Origin: an archaeon
GTDB taxonomy: Archaea > Nanobdellota > Nanobdellia > Pacearchaeales > GW2011-AR1
DNA: 64,000 nucleotides
Reading direction: 5' to 3'
Assembly (NCBI GenBank): GCA_018693315.1
Contig: JABHLR010000002.1
Coordinates: 2,445-66,444, forward strand
Part shown: one piece after another, positions 37,454 to 47,922 of the stretch
Position numbering within the stretch: position 1 is the first letter of the stretch
Layout: each line of letters starts with the position of its first letter
The notes under the pieces: model-generated
What the model was told of the DNA's origin: nothing
Database searches by the model: none
Seen by the model: the letters and a program-made list of their open reading frames with translations, nothing else
Position numbers and translations under genes: made by a program

Positions 37454-38585
37454 TTTCCAACTCCAACTTAAACGGACTTATTTTCCGCAGTTTATTAACT
37501 TTCTCCTCAATCTTCCCAACAACAAAATCCTCATTCCCAACAACATCCTCACCAAGCGTCATCCGAATACTCCCATGAACATACAATTCCTCAGCACCAA
37601 TCGCCTTCAAAACATAACTCTCCTTCAGCTTTGTAGATGCGCAAGCCGATCCGGTCGAAACATAAATCCCATCCTTATCCAACATCAACATCAAACTCTC
37701 ACCTTCAATCCCATAAAACGAAACATTCACATTATTATAAACACGATTCTTCATCGACCCATTAATCTTAACACCCTTAATTTTTTTCAAACCAGCAATA
37801 ATCTTATCACGACTCTTTTTGATTTTCTTTTTATCAACGCTAACATCCAAAGCCGTAGCCAACCCAACAATCCCAGGAACATTCTCAGTCCCACTCCTCA
37901 ATCCATTCTCCTGCCCGCCACCATTCAAAATCGGAGAAATCTTAGTCCCATTTTTAACATATAAAAATCCAACACCCTTAGGCGCACCAATCTTGTGCCC
38001 AGATACACTCATCAAATCAATATTGCCCAAATCCAAATCAACCTTACTAAATCCCTGAACAGCATCGGTATGAAAATAAACACCCTTCTTCTTACAAACC
38101 TTCCCAATTTCCTCAACTGGCTGCACAGTTCCAATCTCATTATTAACATGCATCACCGAAACCAAAAGAGTATCATCCCGAATCAACTTCTCAACTTCCT
38201 TAACATCAACAATCCCTTCAGAATCAACCCCAACATAATCAATCTCATAACCCCATTTTCCCATATACTTACAAGTTTCCAAAACCGACGGATGCTCAAC
38301 AACAGATGTGACAATATGTTTTTTATCAGGATTCATAGGAGCCAAACCACGAATCGCCAAATTATTAGACTCAGTCCCTCCAGAAGTAAAAACGATTTCC
38401 TTAGAATCACACCCAACAAACTTAGCAATCTCCTCACGCGCTTTCACTAATTCACTCCGGGCTTCACGACCAACAGAATGTAAACTTGAAGCATTTCCAT
38501 AACTCTTCAAAAAAATCTCATTAACCTTTTTCGCAACTTCAGGATACACTTTCGTCGTCGCTGCATTATCTAAATAAATTCTCAT
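37446..38585 (-). CDS. iscS: Cysteine desulfurase
   Basis: [32 protein letters not shown]. Confidence 0.95.
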   Translation of the reverse strand: MRIYLDNAATTKVYPEVAKKVNEIFLKSYGNASSLHSVGREARSELVKAREEIAKFVGCDSKEIVFTSGGTESNNLAIRGLAPMNPDKKHIVTSVVEHPSVLETCKYMGKWGYEIDYVGVDSEGIVDVKEVEKLIRDDTLLVSVMHVNNEIGTVQPVEEIGKVCKKKGVYFHTDAVQGFSKVDLDLGNIDLMSVSGHKIGAPKGVGFLYVKNGTKISPILNGGGQENGLRSGTENVPGIVGLATALDVSVDKKKIKKSRDKIIAGLKKIKGVKINGSMKNRVYNNVNVSFYGIEGESLMLMLDKDGIYVSTGSACASTKLKESYVLKAIGAEELYVHGSIRMTLGEDVVGNEDFVVGKIEEKVNKLRKISPFKLELENE

Positions 38586-39508
38586 CTTAATTCCTCCATA
38601 AATCCTTCATTATTAATTTTTTCAAAATTAATAATTCTATTGTAACTTCTCTCAATTCCCTTATTCAATCTCTGTCTCCTTTTGGGATATTTATTAATAT
38701 ACTTAAAATACCAATACAAAATACCAAGAAGCCTGTATTTAATTAAATAATAAATTGACCTCATTTCTTCATCATTCAACTTAACATATTTCTGATAACC
38801 ATCCAAAAACAATTTAATTTTATCCCAATAAATTATATCACTTCTGATAAAACTATGTGCAATAAATATTGCCAACTCATAAACAAGATAATCATAATCA
38901 CTATCGTCAAAATCAATAAATGCATTTAGCTTATTCTTGCCGACAATCATATTCACCTCAGAAAGATCCCCATGAATTCTTGCCACTTTTAGATCTTTAA
39001 AGTTTATTTTGTCCAAATTCTTCAGAAGTTTATTTTGAATATTATTAATAATTTTCTTATCTACACCATCTCCAAAAGTTCTCTTTTTGTATTTATGTTT
39101 CTTAGATTTTGTAAACTCAGAACTCAATAAAACCTTATGCATTTTCCCGATAGCCTTAGAGATATCTTTAATCAAAGAATTATTAAATCCCTTAGGGTGG
39201 ACGCCCTCGACGAACTTCTGAATAATAAATTTACTTTTAGAATATTCAACAATCTCAGAACCCACCTTGTTTTTAATATTCTTAACAACGGGCAATTTCT
39301 TATTGTATAAAAAATCAATAAACCCTAACTGTTCTTTAAAATCCTTCAAGTCAATATTACTTAAAAATTTCAAAATAAATTTACCTTGCGTTGTAAAAAG
39401 AATATAAACATCATTTTCTAAAGTATCTTCCAAATACTTATGGCTCTTATATCTGCCAATATTGTAACCATCTAATACTTCAATAAAATCCTTTTTCTTG
39501 ATTCTCAT
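38582..39508 (-). CDS. APH / type II homoserine kinase-like phosphotransferase
   Basis: IHGDL...N, IDFDD. Confidence 0.85.
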   Translation of the reverse strand: MRIKKKDFIEVLDGYNIGRYKSHKYLEDTLENDVYILFTTQGKFILKFLSNIDLKDFKEQLGFIDFLYNKKLPVVKNIKNKVGSEIVEYSKSKFIIQKFVEGVHPKGFNNSLIKDISKAIGKMHKVLLSSEFTKSKKHKYKKRTFGDGVDKKIINNIQNKLLKNLDKINFKDLKVARIHGDLSEVNMIVGKNKLNAFIDFDDSDYDYLVYELAIFIAHSFIRSDIIYWDKIKLFLDGYQKYVKLNDEEMRSIYYLIKYRLLGILYWYFKYINKYPKRRQRLNKGIERSYNRIINFEKINNEGFMEELR

Positions 39509-39873
39509 TAATACTTCGGACTACAACCGCAAAAATTTATAACGTCCTTATTATACTTCTTACAAACCTCACACGAACACTTATGATCCTTCATAAACTT
39601 CAAAATCCTCTGCATTTCAGTCAACGCCAACTTCGGATTCTCAGAAATAACCTTCGCCGACTTAGCAACCTCCTTCTTAACCTCAGGAGTCAACTTAATC
39701 TTATTAGCCCTCTTATTCGACAAATACTGAGAAACCGCAGCCTTACTAATTCCCAAAATACCACCAGCCTTCTCATAACTCATCTCATACTTCCGAGTCA
39801 ACAACTTAGCGAGCTCTTTCCTTACTGCAGGTATAATATACCATACTTCTATTTCTTGTGGTAGCAAATACAT
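39508..39873 (-). CDS. HTH transcriptional regulator with Cys-rich C-terminus
   Basis: P.EIEVWY.IPA.R, LGISKAAVSQY...KR. Confidence 0.85.
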   Translation of the reverse strand: MYLLPQEIEVWYIIPAVRKELAKLLTRKYEMSYEKAGGILGISKAAVSQYLSNKRANKIKLTPEVKKEVAKSAKVISENPKLALTEMQRILKFMKDHKCSCEVCKKYNKDVINFCGCSPKY

Positions 39874-39944
39874 AGTTAACTATAGTGAACATTCCTTTAT
39901 AAATTTTTTGGAAAACCTTTTAACTAAACTATCCATTAAAGAAT

Positions 39945-40517
39945 ATGGATTACAAGCAAAAAGCGAGGCTGATATTTGGAATCATACTTATCTTCTTGGC
40001 ATTCTTTTATTTTCTATCAAGATACAATGTGCTATTTTTAGTCGCCGGAAGCATTTTTTCGGTCATTATATTCTTCCTAGCAGATTACTTCATGGGCTGG
40101 GACTTCAACATCTGGCACTATCTAGCATTCTTCATAATGGTCGTCCAAGGCGTCCTTCTCATGCCGCTATATTTCATGGGCACATCAATAGACAAGTACC
40201 AACACTTCATATTCCCAATCCTAACATGCTTCCTAATCTATCACATAATCAGAAAAATGGACCTAAGCAGAAACGACAAATTATGGATCACCCTAACAAT
40301 TCTAATCTCAACAATAACTCTCTTCGAAATATACGAATATGTAGCAGATTATTTCTGGAACGTAAAATTCCAAGGGGTTTATTCCGGAAGCTGGGTCGAA
40401 CAACAATTCACACTTATCATGCCAAGAATAGACGACACAATGGTAGACTTAATGATAGGAATAGCAGGCGGAATCACATTTGTTTTAGGTATGATACTCT
40501 TTAAGAAATCGAAATAG
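39945..40517 (+). CDS. Membrane protein (DUF2238/VanZ-like)
   Basis: DK..H, E..E...D, DTM.DL within TM helices. Confidence 0.65.
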   Translation: MDYKQKARLIFGIILIFLAFFYFLSRYNVLFLVAGSIFSVIIFFLADYFMGWDFNIWHYLAFFIMVVQGVLLMPLYFMGTSIDKYQHFIFPILTCFLIYHIIRKMDLSRNDKLWITLTILISTITLFEIYEYVADYFWNVKFQGVYSGSWVEQQFTLIMPRIDDTMVDLMIGIAGGITFVLGMILFKKSK

Positions 40518-40686
40518 CATTAACCGGACATCCGGCCATAGCATCCTTCTCGCACGTCAACTTCTCAACCTCAGCCTTAACAGCATGCGCCTTCCCATCC
40601 TTCATCTCAAAAGAACCCGGACACGTCGCAGAACAAGCCCCACACCCAATACACTTATTTTGATCCACTACTATTTTGTGTGTCAT
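40501..40686 (-). CDS. Monocluster ferredoxin
   Basis: CIGCGAC...CP ... CPVNAI. Confidence 0.92.
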   Translation of the reverse strand: MTHKIVVDQNKCIGCGACSATCPGSFEMKDGKAHAVKAEVEKLTCEKDAMAGCPVNAISIS

Positions 40687-40864
40687 TCAAATCTTCCTCC
40701 ACAGGATCATTAATTTCATCAATACGAAACAACTCATTCTCCACAATTTCCTCAGTCGCAACCGAACCCGTAATAACATTCCCAATCATATTAGTCACAA
40801 AGAAAAATCCCAAAGCTACAATTACCAAAACCGCAACGACAATCAAAACATTCCGATTAACCAT
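40655..40864 (-). CDS. Small single-TM protein
   Basis: Hydrophobic N-terminus followed by ITG motif. Confidence 0.55.
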   Translation of the reverse strand: MVNRNVLIVVAVLVIVALGFFFVTNMIGNVITGSVATEEIVENELFRIDEINDPVEEDLNDTQNSSGSK

Positions 40865-40914
40865 AGAAGAAATAACCCAACAACATTTATAAACTTAATC
40901 CATTTAAACATAAT

Positions 40915-41472
40915 ATGGTAGCAACACTAATCTGGGTCCTAATCGTCGCGGTCGTAGTTATCGTCGCAATCTTCTTTATGTACTACAACCGATTCGTCAG
41001 ACTATCAGCCCAAATCGACAACTCACTCGCACAAATCTCAGTCCAACTACGAAAACGTTCAGACCTAATCCCAAACTTACTATCCTCAGTAAAAGGCTAC
41101 ATGAAACACGAGAAGGGAATAATCAAAGAAGTAACTGACGCAAGAAAAGCTCTAGTCGGAGCAGAAGGCGTCGAAGCAAAAATGAAAGCCGGCAACAAAT
41201 TACAATCAGCACTTAAATCAATCTTCGCAATTGCAGAAGGATACCCAGACCTAAAAGCGAACACAAACTTCCTTCACCTTCAACAAGAACTATCAGCCAT
41301 CGAGGACAAAGTAGCATATGCACGACAATATTACAACGACGGAATCATGTCCTACAACGTCATGACAACAGTAGTCCCAGGCAAATGGTTCGCATCAATG
41401 TACGGATTCAATAAAAGAGAATACCTAAAAATCCCAGAAGCAGCAAAGGCAGTTCCAAAGATTGAATTCTAA
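40915..41472 (+). CDS. lemA: LemA family protein
   Basis: QL..R.DLIPNL...VKGY..HE, E.YPDLKAN.NF..LQ, R..YN. Confidence 0.95.
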   Translation: MVATLIWVLIVAVVVIVAIFFMYYNRFVRLSAQIDNSLAQISVQLRKRSDLIPNLLSSVKGYMKHEKGIIKEVTDARKALVGAEGVEAKMKAGNKLQSALKSIFAIAEGYPDLKANTNFLHLQQELSAIEDKVAYARQYYNDGIMSYNVMTTVVPGKWFASMYGFNKREYLKIPEAAKAVPKIEF

Positions 41473-41523
41473 TATACATATTCTAATATACCCTATTACA
41501 ACATATATGTTACAGTATATAAG

Positions 41524-41901
41524 TTAAAATGGACAATATTCATCAATAACAGCTTTCGCCTTTTCGGAATAACAAAAAAGGATTGGAGCAGTGACAATCC
41601 TACGATCTTTGCCAAGATTTAACCTACCAATAACATAAGAGTTGACTCCATGTGATTTCGGGGTTGTGATAATGTCCGAAGAATTATTTATCATTCCAGG
41701 GCAATTCGGACCATTATCAAAATACTCTAACATGGCGGGATCAACATCAGACAAGTCAACATCACAGCCGCGAACAACTAATAGTCCAGAACTAGGAGAG
41801 CTACGAACCCTAGAATTTGTTCCAGGAAGAACAAGCCTAGCAAGCTGGTTCTGGAATAATATTCGTTGGATATCCTTAGTCACTCTAACATCCCTTCTCA
41901 T
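41524..41901 (-). CDS. Hypothetical protein inserted between lemA and htpX
   Basis: 125-aa ORF; atypical codon usage. Confidence 0.5.
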   Translation of the reverse strand: MRRDVRVTKDIQRILFQNQLARLVLPGTNSRVRSSPSSGLLVVRGCDVDLSDVDPAMLEYFDNGPNCPGMINNSSDIITTPKSHGVNSYVIGRLNLGKDRRIVTAPILFCYSEKAKAVIDEYCPF

Positions 41902-41978
41902 ATAAATTCATAGATACCAGCTATAAAAACATTATTACATTCCATCACATATAAAAACCATTTCAACTTTCCACTACC

Positions 41979-42875
41979 ATGGAACCCTCACGTCTATCAT
42001 TCCACGAAGAAATCAGAAAAAATAAATTCAGCTCAATCCTCCTAATCGGAGTTGTCCTAATAATTCTCCTAGCACTAGTCTACTCAATCGGATTCGTAAT
42101 CGGAGGCGACTACTTCTTCATAATCCTAATCGCCGGAACAATAATCTCAATCCTATACGTCGTCGGCGGATACTACAAATCAGCAGACCTAGCAATCGCA
42201 TCAGTCAGCGCAAAACGAGCATCAGGACCAGAATATAGACAATACCACAACATCGTAGAAGGACTTTGCCTAGCGTCAGGATTACCAAAACCAAAACTCT
42301 ACATAATGAAGAACCAACAAATAAACGCCTTCGCATCAGGCCGAGATCCACAACATGCAATAATCTGCATCACAACAGGCACACTAGAAAAACTAACAAA
42401 GCAAGAGCTCGAAGGAGTACTAGCTCACGAACTTTCTCACATCGCAAACTACGACATCCGATTCATGACACTAACCGCAGTCCTAGTAGGTATGATCGCA
42501 ATCATTTCTCAAATTTTCCTACGAAGCTTATTTTGGTCATCAATGAGTAACAGAGGAGGAAACAGCAAAGACAGCAGCGGAACAATCTTCATGATAATCG
42601 GAATAGTCTTAGCGATTCTAGCCCCAATAATCGTAGCCCTAGTTCAACTAGCAATCTCACGAAAACGAGAATACGCAGCCGACTCATCAGCAGTCAAATT
42701 CATGCGAACCCCAACGGGACTAATCGGAGCCCTAAAGAAGATCCAACACAACACTCCGATGAAGGTATCAGGAGCAGTAGCCCCCCTCTTCCTCGCAAAA
42801 CCAACGAAGACAAAAGAAATGTTCCAAACCCACCCACCCTTATCTAAGAGAATAGCAAGATTAGAACGAATGTGA
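41979..42875 (+). CDS. htpX: Zinc metalloprotease HtpX (M48)
   Basis: NAFASG, HELSH, SRKREY.AD, THPP...RI. Confidence 0.93.
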   Translation: MEPSRLSFHEEIRKNKFSSILLIGVVLIILLALVYSIGFVIGGDYFFIILIAGTIISILYVVGGYYKSADLAIASVSAKRASGPEYRQYHNIVEGLCLASGLPKPKLYIMKNQQINAFASGRDPQHAIICITTGTLEKLTKQELEGVLAHELSHIANYDIRFMTLTAVLVGMIAIISQIFLRSLFWSSMSNRGGNSKDSSGTIFMIIGIVLAILAPIIVALVQLAISRKREYAADSSAVKFMRTPTGLIGALKKIQHNTPMKVSGAVAPLFLAKPTKTKEMFQTHPPLSKRIARLERM

Positions 42876-42877
42876 TT

Positions 42878-43624
42878 TTAGACATAATAGAAAGTATAAA
42901 ATAATTCTGGCAAAAAATTAATAAGTACATGTGCAATTATTGGTGCAACTATTCTTCGACCCCGAACTAACCATAATGAGGTAAGCAACATTCCTCCAAC
43001 AAAAGCAGAAAATCCAGAGCCACTAGATTTTGTCAAATGCCAAAATCCAAAAAATAAAGCACTTATAAAAAATGCGACCCACACACCCCAAGAAGCCTCG
43101 GTTTTAATAAAAATAAAAAGCCTAGCTATTTCTTCTGCCGAAATAAAGATAACTAGTGAAATAAGAAGAATGATAACCTCGAGAAATTTATACGATTGAG
43201 AAATATCCTCATCAAGCAATGATGGCTCTTCGGCAATTACCTTCGCCTTAAAATTATTAGAAGGATCCAAGGCAAATTCCTTCACATTTTGAGAAGAATA
43301 ATTATCAAAAAGCATTCCAGAACCAACCGAAACAGGGAGAATAATCAAAAGAGCCAAAACTGCAAAAATAATGTCCTTACCAATATGTGAAAAATCAAAA
43401 CCGAGTTTAGAAAATTTGAAATCTGTAGATTCTATTGCCAAGAAAACTAAAAAACCTATAGAAGAGAAAAAAATCAGGGTAGATAGATGTATTCCCCACG
43501 GAAAATAAAAGAAGGGGTCATAGTGTTCCCATAGAAGACCAGGTAGAAGTGTTAATATCAACATTATGAAAATCCAAGCGTATTTACCAAAAAAAGTATC
43601 CTTATTCCACCACTTCATACTCAA
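42878..43624 (-). CDS. CPBP (Abi/CAAX) intramembrane protease
   Basis: EE..R, S...FG..H, H...N. Confidence 0.8.
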   Translation of the reverse strand: MSMKWWNKDTFFGKYAWIFIMLILTLLPGLLWEHYDPFFYFPWGIHLSTLIFFSSIGFLVFLAIESTDFKFSKLGFDFSHIGKDIIFAVLALLIILPVSVGSGMLFDNYSSQNVKEFALDPSNNFKAKVIAEEPSLLDEDISQSYKFLEVIILLISLVIFISAEEIARLFIFIKTEASWGVWVAFFISALFFGFWHLTKSSGSGFSAFVGGMLLTSLWLVRGRRIVAPIIAHVLINFLPELFYTFYYV

Positions 43625-43669
43625 ATATTGACCATCTAACTATTTAACATTTTCCACGGAAACAACTAA

Positions 43670-44704
43670 TCACTTCCCCAACTTAACAAAATTATAAGCA
43701 GCCTTAGCCGCCAAAGAACCATCAGCAGCCGCAGTTATCGCTTGCTTAAACGGATTATTCGTTCCATCCCCAGCCGCAAACAAACCAGCAACATTCGTCC
43801 GCCCCTCTTTATCAACCTTAATATAACCCTTCTCCAACTCAACCCCAAGCCCCTCAACAATCTGAGTCAAAGGCGTCGACCCAATCTCAACAAAAACCCC
43901 ATCAACCTTTAGCAACCTCTCACCACTCTCCGGCGAAGCCGAGCCATCCACAATCTTCGATTGTGAGCCATCCGACGCAGTCGAGCCATCCACAACCTTT
44001 AGTTGCGAACCAGCCGAGTCAACGAGTCGCAGTCCTGTGACTCGCTTGTCTCCGAGGATTTCTGCAGGCTTCGTATTATAAATTATCTCAATATTTTTAA
44101 TCCCTTCAATCCTATCCAAATTAATCGGCTCAGCCCTCATCTTTTTCTGACGATAACTAACATAAACCTTCTTACAAATACTCGCCAAATAAATCGCAGC
44201 CTTAGCAGCAGAATCCGAACCCCCAACAACGGCAACAGTTTTACCCCTAAAAAAATTCCCATCACAAGTCGCACAATAACTAACACCTTTCCCCAAAAAT
44301 TCACTCTCGCCAGGAATCCCCAGCTTCCGATGCTCAGACCCCAAAGCCGCAATCACACTCTTTCCACAAACCTTCCCGCCACCATAATTTACTACAAACT
44401 CTTTTGCAGACGCCCCAGCTTCCGACACCCCGACACCCCGACACCCCGACACCCCGAGTTTCTCAATGTGAACATTGAGAAACTTTGCTCCAAACATCTT
44501 CGCCTGCTCCTCAAACTTCTTCATCAAATCAATCCCCGAACCAATAAACCCCGGATAATTCTCAATCTCCCCAGCCAAATTCGTCATCCCACCAACCTCT
44601 TTTCCAATAACCAAAGTCTTCAAATCATACCGCCCAGCATAAATCGCCGCAGCCATCCCAGCCGGCCCAGTCCCAAGCACAATCAAATCATAAACATCTT
44701 CCAT
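43670..44704 (-). CDS. trxB: Thioredoxin reductase with two repeat-derived insertions
   Basis: G.GPAG, GVSYCATCDG, VVGG.D.A, FAAGD, QAITAA. Confidence 0.92.
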   Translation of the reverse strand: MEDVYDLIVLGTGPAGMAAAIYAGRYDLKTLVIGKEVGGMTNLAGEIENYPGFIGSGIDLMKKFEEQAKMFGAKFLNVHIEKLGVSGCRGVGVSEAGASAKEFVVNYGGGKVCGKSVIAALGSEHRKLGIPGESEFLGKGVSYCATCDGNFFRGKTVAVVGGSDSAAKAAIYLASICKKVYVSYRQKKMRAEPINLDRIEGIKNIEIIYNTKPAEILGDKRVTGLRLVDSAGSQLKVVDGSTASDGSQSKIVDGSASPESGERLLKVDGVFVEIGSTPLTQIVEGLGVELEKGYIKVDKEGRTNVAGLFAAGDGTNNPFKQAITAAADGSLAAKAAYNFVKLGK

Positions 44705-44790
44705 CTATAAAACAATCCTAAAACCTTTTTATACCTTAGCCATCACTGTTAACCAACAACATTTAAATAACTCTCAATCCTCAATCTATC

Positions 44791-45810
44791 ATGACACCAG
44801 AAAAAAGATTCGAACTTATAACGCGAAACCTCCAAGAAGTAATTGGCGAAGACGAACTCAAGGAAAAACTAAAATCCAAGAAAGAATTCTCAGTATACTG
44901 GGGAGCAATGCCAACCGGCAGCATCTCAATCGCATATTTCTTCCCAATGCTAAAAATCGCAGACCTACTAAAAGCAGGATGCCGAGTAAAAATTCTTGTC
45001 GCAGACCTACACGCCGCACTCGATAGCGTCCCATGGGAAGACCTAGAAAAAAGATACAAATACTATAAGGCAGCCATCGAAACAATGCTCGAAACAATCG
45101 GAGTCCCATTAGAAAAATTAGAATTTGTAAAAGGAAGCGACTTCCAACTCAAAAAAGAATTCTTCCACGATGTCCTTAAAATGAGCACAATCACCAGCAT
45201 AAACGATTGTAAGAAGGCCGCGTCCGAAGTCGTAAAACTTGGAGACAACCCAAAACTATCCGGAATAATCTATCCATCAATGCAAGCCCTAGATGAAGAA
45301 TACCTAAAAGTCGACGCACAGCTCGGCGGAAACGACCAAAGAAAAATCATGGTCTTCGCAAGAGAGAACCTCCCAAAGATAGGATACAAAGCAAGAATAG
45401 AATTACTAAATCCATTAATCAGAGGACTAATCGGAGAAAAGATGAGTTCTTCAATAAAGGCAACCAAAATAGATTTGATGGAAGATCCAAAAACAGTCAT
45501 CAAGAAAATAAACAAAGCAGATTGTATAACAGGCGACCCAGACAATGGGATAATGGCGCTTCTTGAATATTTCCTCTTTATATTAAAAGAAGACAAGAAA
45601 GAAAAGTTCATAATTGAGAGGCCAGAGAAATACGGAGGAAATCTTGAGTACGCATCATACGAAGAAGTAAAAAAAGATTTCATCGACAAGAAACTACACC
45701 CACTAGATTTGAAGAATGCCGTAGCCGCAGAAATCAACAAGCTCCTAAAAATATTCCAAGCAAACAAAGAGTTACAAAAACTCCACAAAGCCGCTTATCC
45801 AGACGAATAA
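44791..45810 (+). CDS. tyrS: Tyrosyl-tRNA synthetase (archaeal)
   Basis: ADLHA.L, YP.MQALD, GG.DQRK, KMSSS, LHPLDLK. Confidence 0.95.
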   Translation: MTPEKRFELITRNLQEVIGEDELKEKLKSKKEFSVYWGAMPTGSISIAYFFPMLKIADLLKAGCRVKILVADLHAALDSVPWEDLEKRYKYYKAAIETMLETIGVPLEKLEFVKGSDFQLKKEFFHDVLKMSTITSINDCKKAASEVVKLGDNPKLSGIIYPSMQALDEEYLKVDAQLGGNDQRKIMVFARENLPKIGYKARIELLNPLIRGLIGEKMSSSIKATKIDLMEDPKTVIKKINKADCITGDPDNGIMALLEYFLFILKEDKKEKFIIERPEKYGGNLEYASYEEVKKDFIDKKLHPLDLKNAVAAEINKLLKIFQANKELQKLHKAAYPDE

Positions 45811-45856
45811 TTTTCCCCACCAAAACATTTATATAATTCTACTACCATCCATAACC

Positions 45857-45940
45857 ATGCAAACGCAAAGAGTGATGTGGTCCCGGAATTCTTATACCTC
45901 TCTAGCGTGTGCTCACTGTCTTTTTATTAAGTTCTGTTAA
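45857..45940 (+). CDS. Candidate 27-aa Cys-rich leaderless small ORF
   Basis: MQTQRVMWSRNSYTSLACAHCLFIKFC; ATG ~22 nt after tttatata. Confidence 0.45.
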   Translation: MQTQRVMWSRNSYTSLACAHCLFIKFC

Positions 45941-45962
45941 GTACACGACATTTCCCATTTCT

Positions 45963-46412
45963 ATGAAAACGAAATTTAATGTCGCTGTACAGACATATAA
46001 CCTTGAAAAAGTAGCACACCCCAACCTATTTGGAGAAAACATCTGTGAGGGCGAAGTTAACAACAATTGCATCTCTTGCAATGAAAACATCACTCATCCG
46101 CTCTGCCCAAACTGCATCTCAAAAGCATTCAATCAATGGACAAAAAAATTCCCAGAACACCACGAGCTAAAAGGAAAACTAAACATCTTCATGCGACACC
46201 ACAATCACATAAAAGGAAAATCGACAACTTGCGTAGTATGTAACAAAAACGACGTCCACGTCTGCCCATACTGCTTCACAGAGCACCTATATAAGCTGGT
46301 GAAAGAAGCAGGCCTAGGCGTCCGAGCAATGACAGAATTCCTTTTTATATTCAACTTCGATTTCGAGCACAAAGGGTATTCACAAGAGCTCGAAGCATTC
46401 GGTGGCTACTAA
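45963..46412 (+). CDS. Zinc-binding hypothetical protein
   Basis: Four CxxC pairs (CISC..ITHPLCPNC; CVVC..CPYC). Confidence 0.75.
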   Translation: MKTKFNVAVQTYNLEKVAHPNLFGENICEGEVNNNCISCNENITHPLCPNCISKAFNQWTKKFPEHHELKGKLNIFMRHHNHIKGKSTTCVVCNKNDVHVCPYCFTEHLYKLVKEAGLGVRAMTEFLFIFNFDFEHKGYSQELEAFGGY

Positions 46413-46443
46413 AACTTATAAACATCCAGAACATTACATAGTC

Positions 46444-46920
46444 ATGGCAACAGTCTGGACCTTCACAAATAAAAGAGAACTCAACAAATCAGAATTTCTA
46501 AATTACATAGAAAGAAAAGTTTTCAGAACAATCAGAAAATTCGACATGCTACCCAGAGACAGATCTATCACCCTAAAAAAATCCAACGACCTAAATACAA
46601 ATGTCCTAAAAAAAATTATAGAAACAAAATTCCCAGTAAAATTTAGTACCAAACCAAATCTATCATCAGAGAATCTTTCACAAGCAGCCGAAGATATTTT
46701 CAAAAACATTCTCAAAGGAAACTACAAAGGGCCATCTCCAAAAAACAAACCATTGTATTTTTTATCCGATAAAGAAATCGAACTCTACGCAAAACTTTCA
46801 AGCATAAAAGGAGCAAAAAGAAAACAAGATAAAAAAATCCAAACCCTCTTTGAAAAATTTCTAAAGAAAAATCAAGACCTAGAATTAAACATTGTCAAAG
46901 CGGTAGGGCAATTAGAATGA
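46444..46920 (+). CDS. Hypothetical protein, possibly a degenerate TtuA/Ncs6-like remnant
   Basis: F..YIERKV.RTIRKF.M and KPL......EI.LYA; no PP-loop or Cys. Confidence 0.5.
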   Translation: MATVWTFTNKRELNKSEFLNYIERKVFRTIRKFDMLPRDRSITLKKSNDLNTNVLKKIIETKFPVKFSTKPNLSSENLSQAAEDIFKNILKGNYKGPSPKNKPLYFLSDKEIELYAKLSSIKGAKRKQDKKIQTLFEKFLKKNQDLELNIVKAVGQLE

Positions 46921-47450
46921 AAAAAGCAGTAGGAATAATAAGCATTTCTGTAAGTGTCGTGGTAATAGCTCTGATGATATATGGGCTCATGAACGCTGGG
47001 GCAATCAGCGAACAAATGTCATCCCAGATTGAAGATTATGGGGCGATAGCACTTTTCTTCATGTCGATAATATTCGACTTAATCCCGCAAATAATCTCTC
47101 CAGTCGCAGCAATGGTAATGGCAGTAGTAATGGGAGTAGGTCTTTACCCGGCAATAATCGCCACAATTCTAGGTTCCACAATAGGTTCCACAATAGGATT
47201 TATACTAGGGAAAAAATACATGTTCGACGCTGTAAACGCGATGACCTCAGAAAAAGCAGTAGAAAGACTAACAAGCCTAACAAACAGGTACGGTAGAATC
47301 GTGGTCCCATTGGCAGCAATATCCCCCGTCCCATATCTTCCCGTTCTACTCGGTGCGATGAACTTCTCAAAAAGAAATTTCATAATCTACGGCCTAATTC
47401 CACGAGCGCTAAGTATCATCATACTCAGCTCAATCATCTATCTGTTCTAA
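46917..47450 (+). CDS. VTT/DedA (SNARE-associated) membrane protein
   Basis: GS.IG..IGF.LG, RYG......A.SP.P. Confidence 0.8.
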   Translation: MKKAVGIISISVSVVVIALMIYGLMNAGAISEQMSSQIEDYGAIALFFMSIIFDLIPQIISPVAAMVMAVVMGVGLYPAIIATILGSTIGSTIGFILGKKYMFDAVNAMTSEKAVERLTSLTNRYGRIVVPLAAISPVPYLPVLLGAMNFSKRNFIIYGLIPRALSIIILSSIIYLF

Positions 47451-47913
47451 CAACGAGATCTCCAAACTTTGCCTTATCCATATTCGCAAGAGGCCTATAT
47501 TCACCATCACACATATAAGAAACAGTTTGAGCAACCCCATCCCTAGATCGCCGATATAAATCAATATCCTGAACAGGAATAATTATCTTAGGCAATTCAA
47601 TAACACGAGGAACGCGAATCAACAATCTTTCAATATCATCAAAAAGTTTTCCTTTCACATGAGGACGCAAAGCACGCTTAACCCAATACCAAGCAGTAGC
47701 ACAATTCTCAACAAATCGCGCACCAACATTTTCATCATAAACAATTTTTTGCGCAGTCGGCCTTCTAAAAAGTTTTCTTGTTCTCTTCCATAATCCATCC
47801 TCCAACCTAAAACAAGTACCACAGGTCGGCCGCGCAACCCCACAATTATTCTTATTAAGAAACTCCACAAAACCCTCAGCTCTCAACCTATGCTTCATAA
47901 CAAACCACACCAA
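47434..47913 (-). CDS. Hypothetical protein
   Basis: 159-aa ORF in leading-strand codon style. Confidence 0.5.
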   Translation of the reverse strand: MVWFVMKHRLRAEGFVEFLNKNNCGVARPTCGTCFRLEDGLWKRTRKLFRRPTAQKIVYDENVGARFVENCATAWYWVKRALRPHVKGKLFDDIERLLIRVPRVIELPKIIIPVQDIDLYRRSRDGVAQTVSYMCDGEYRPLANMDKAKFGDLVVRTDR

Positions 47914-47922
47914 ACCATCCTT

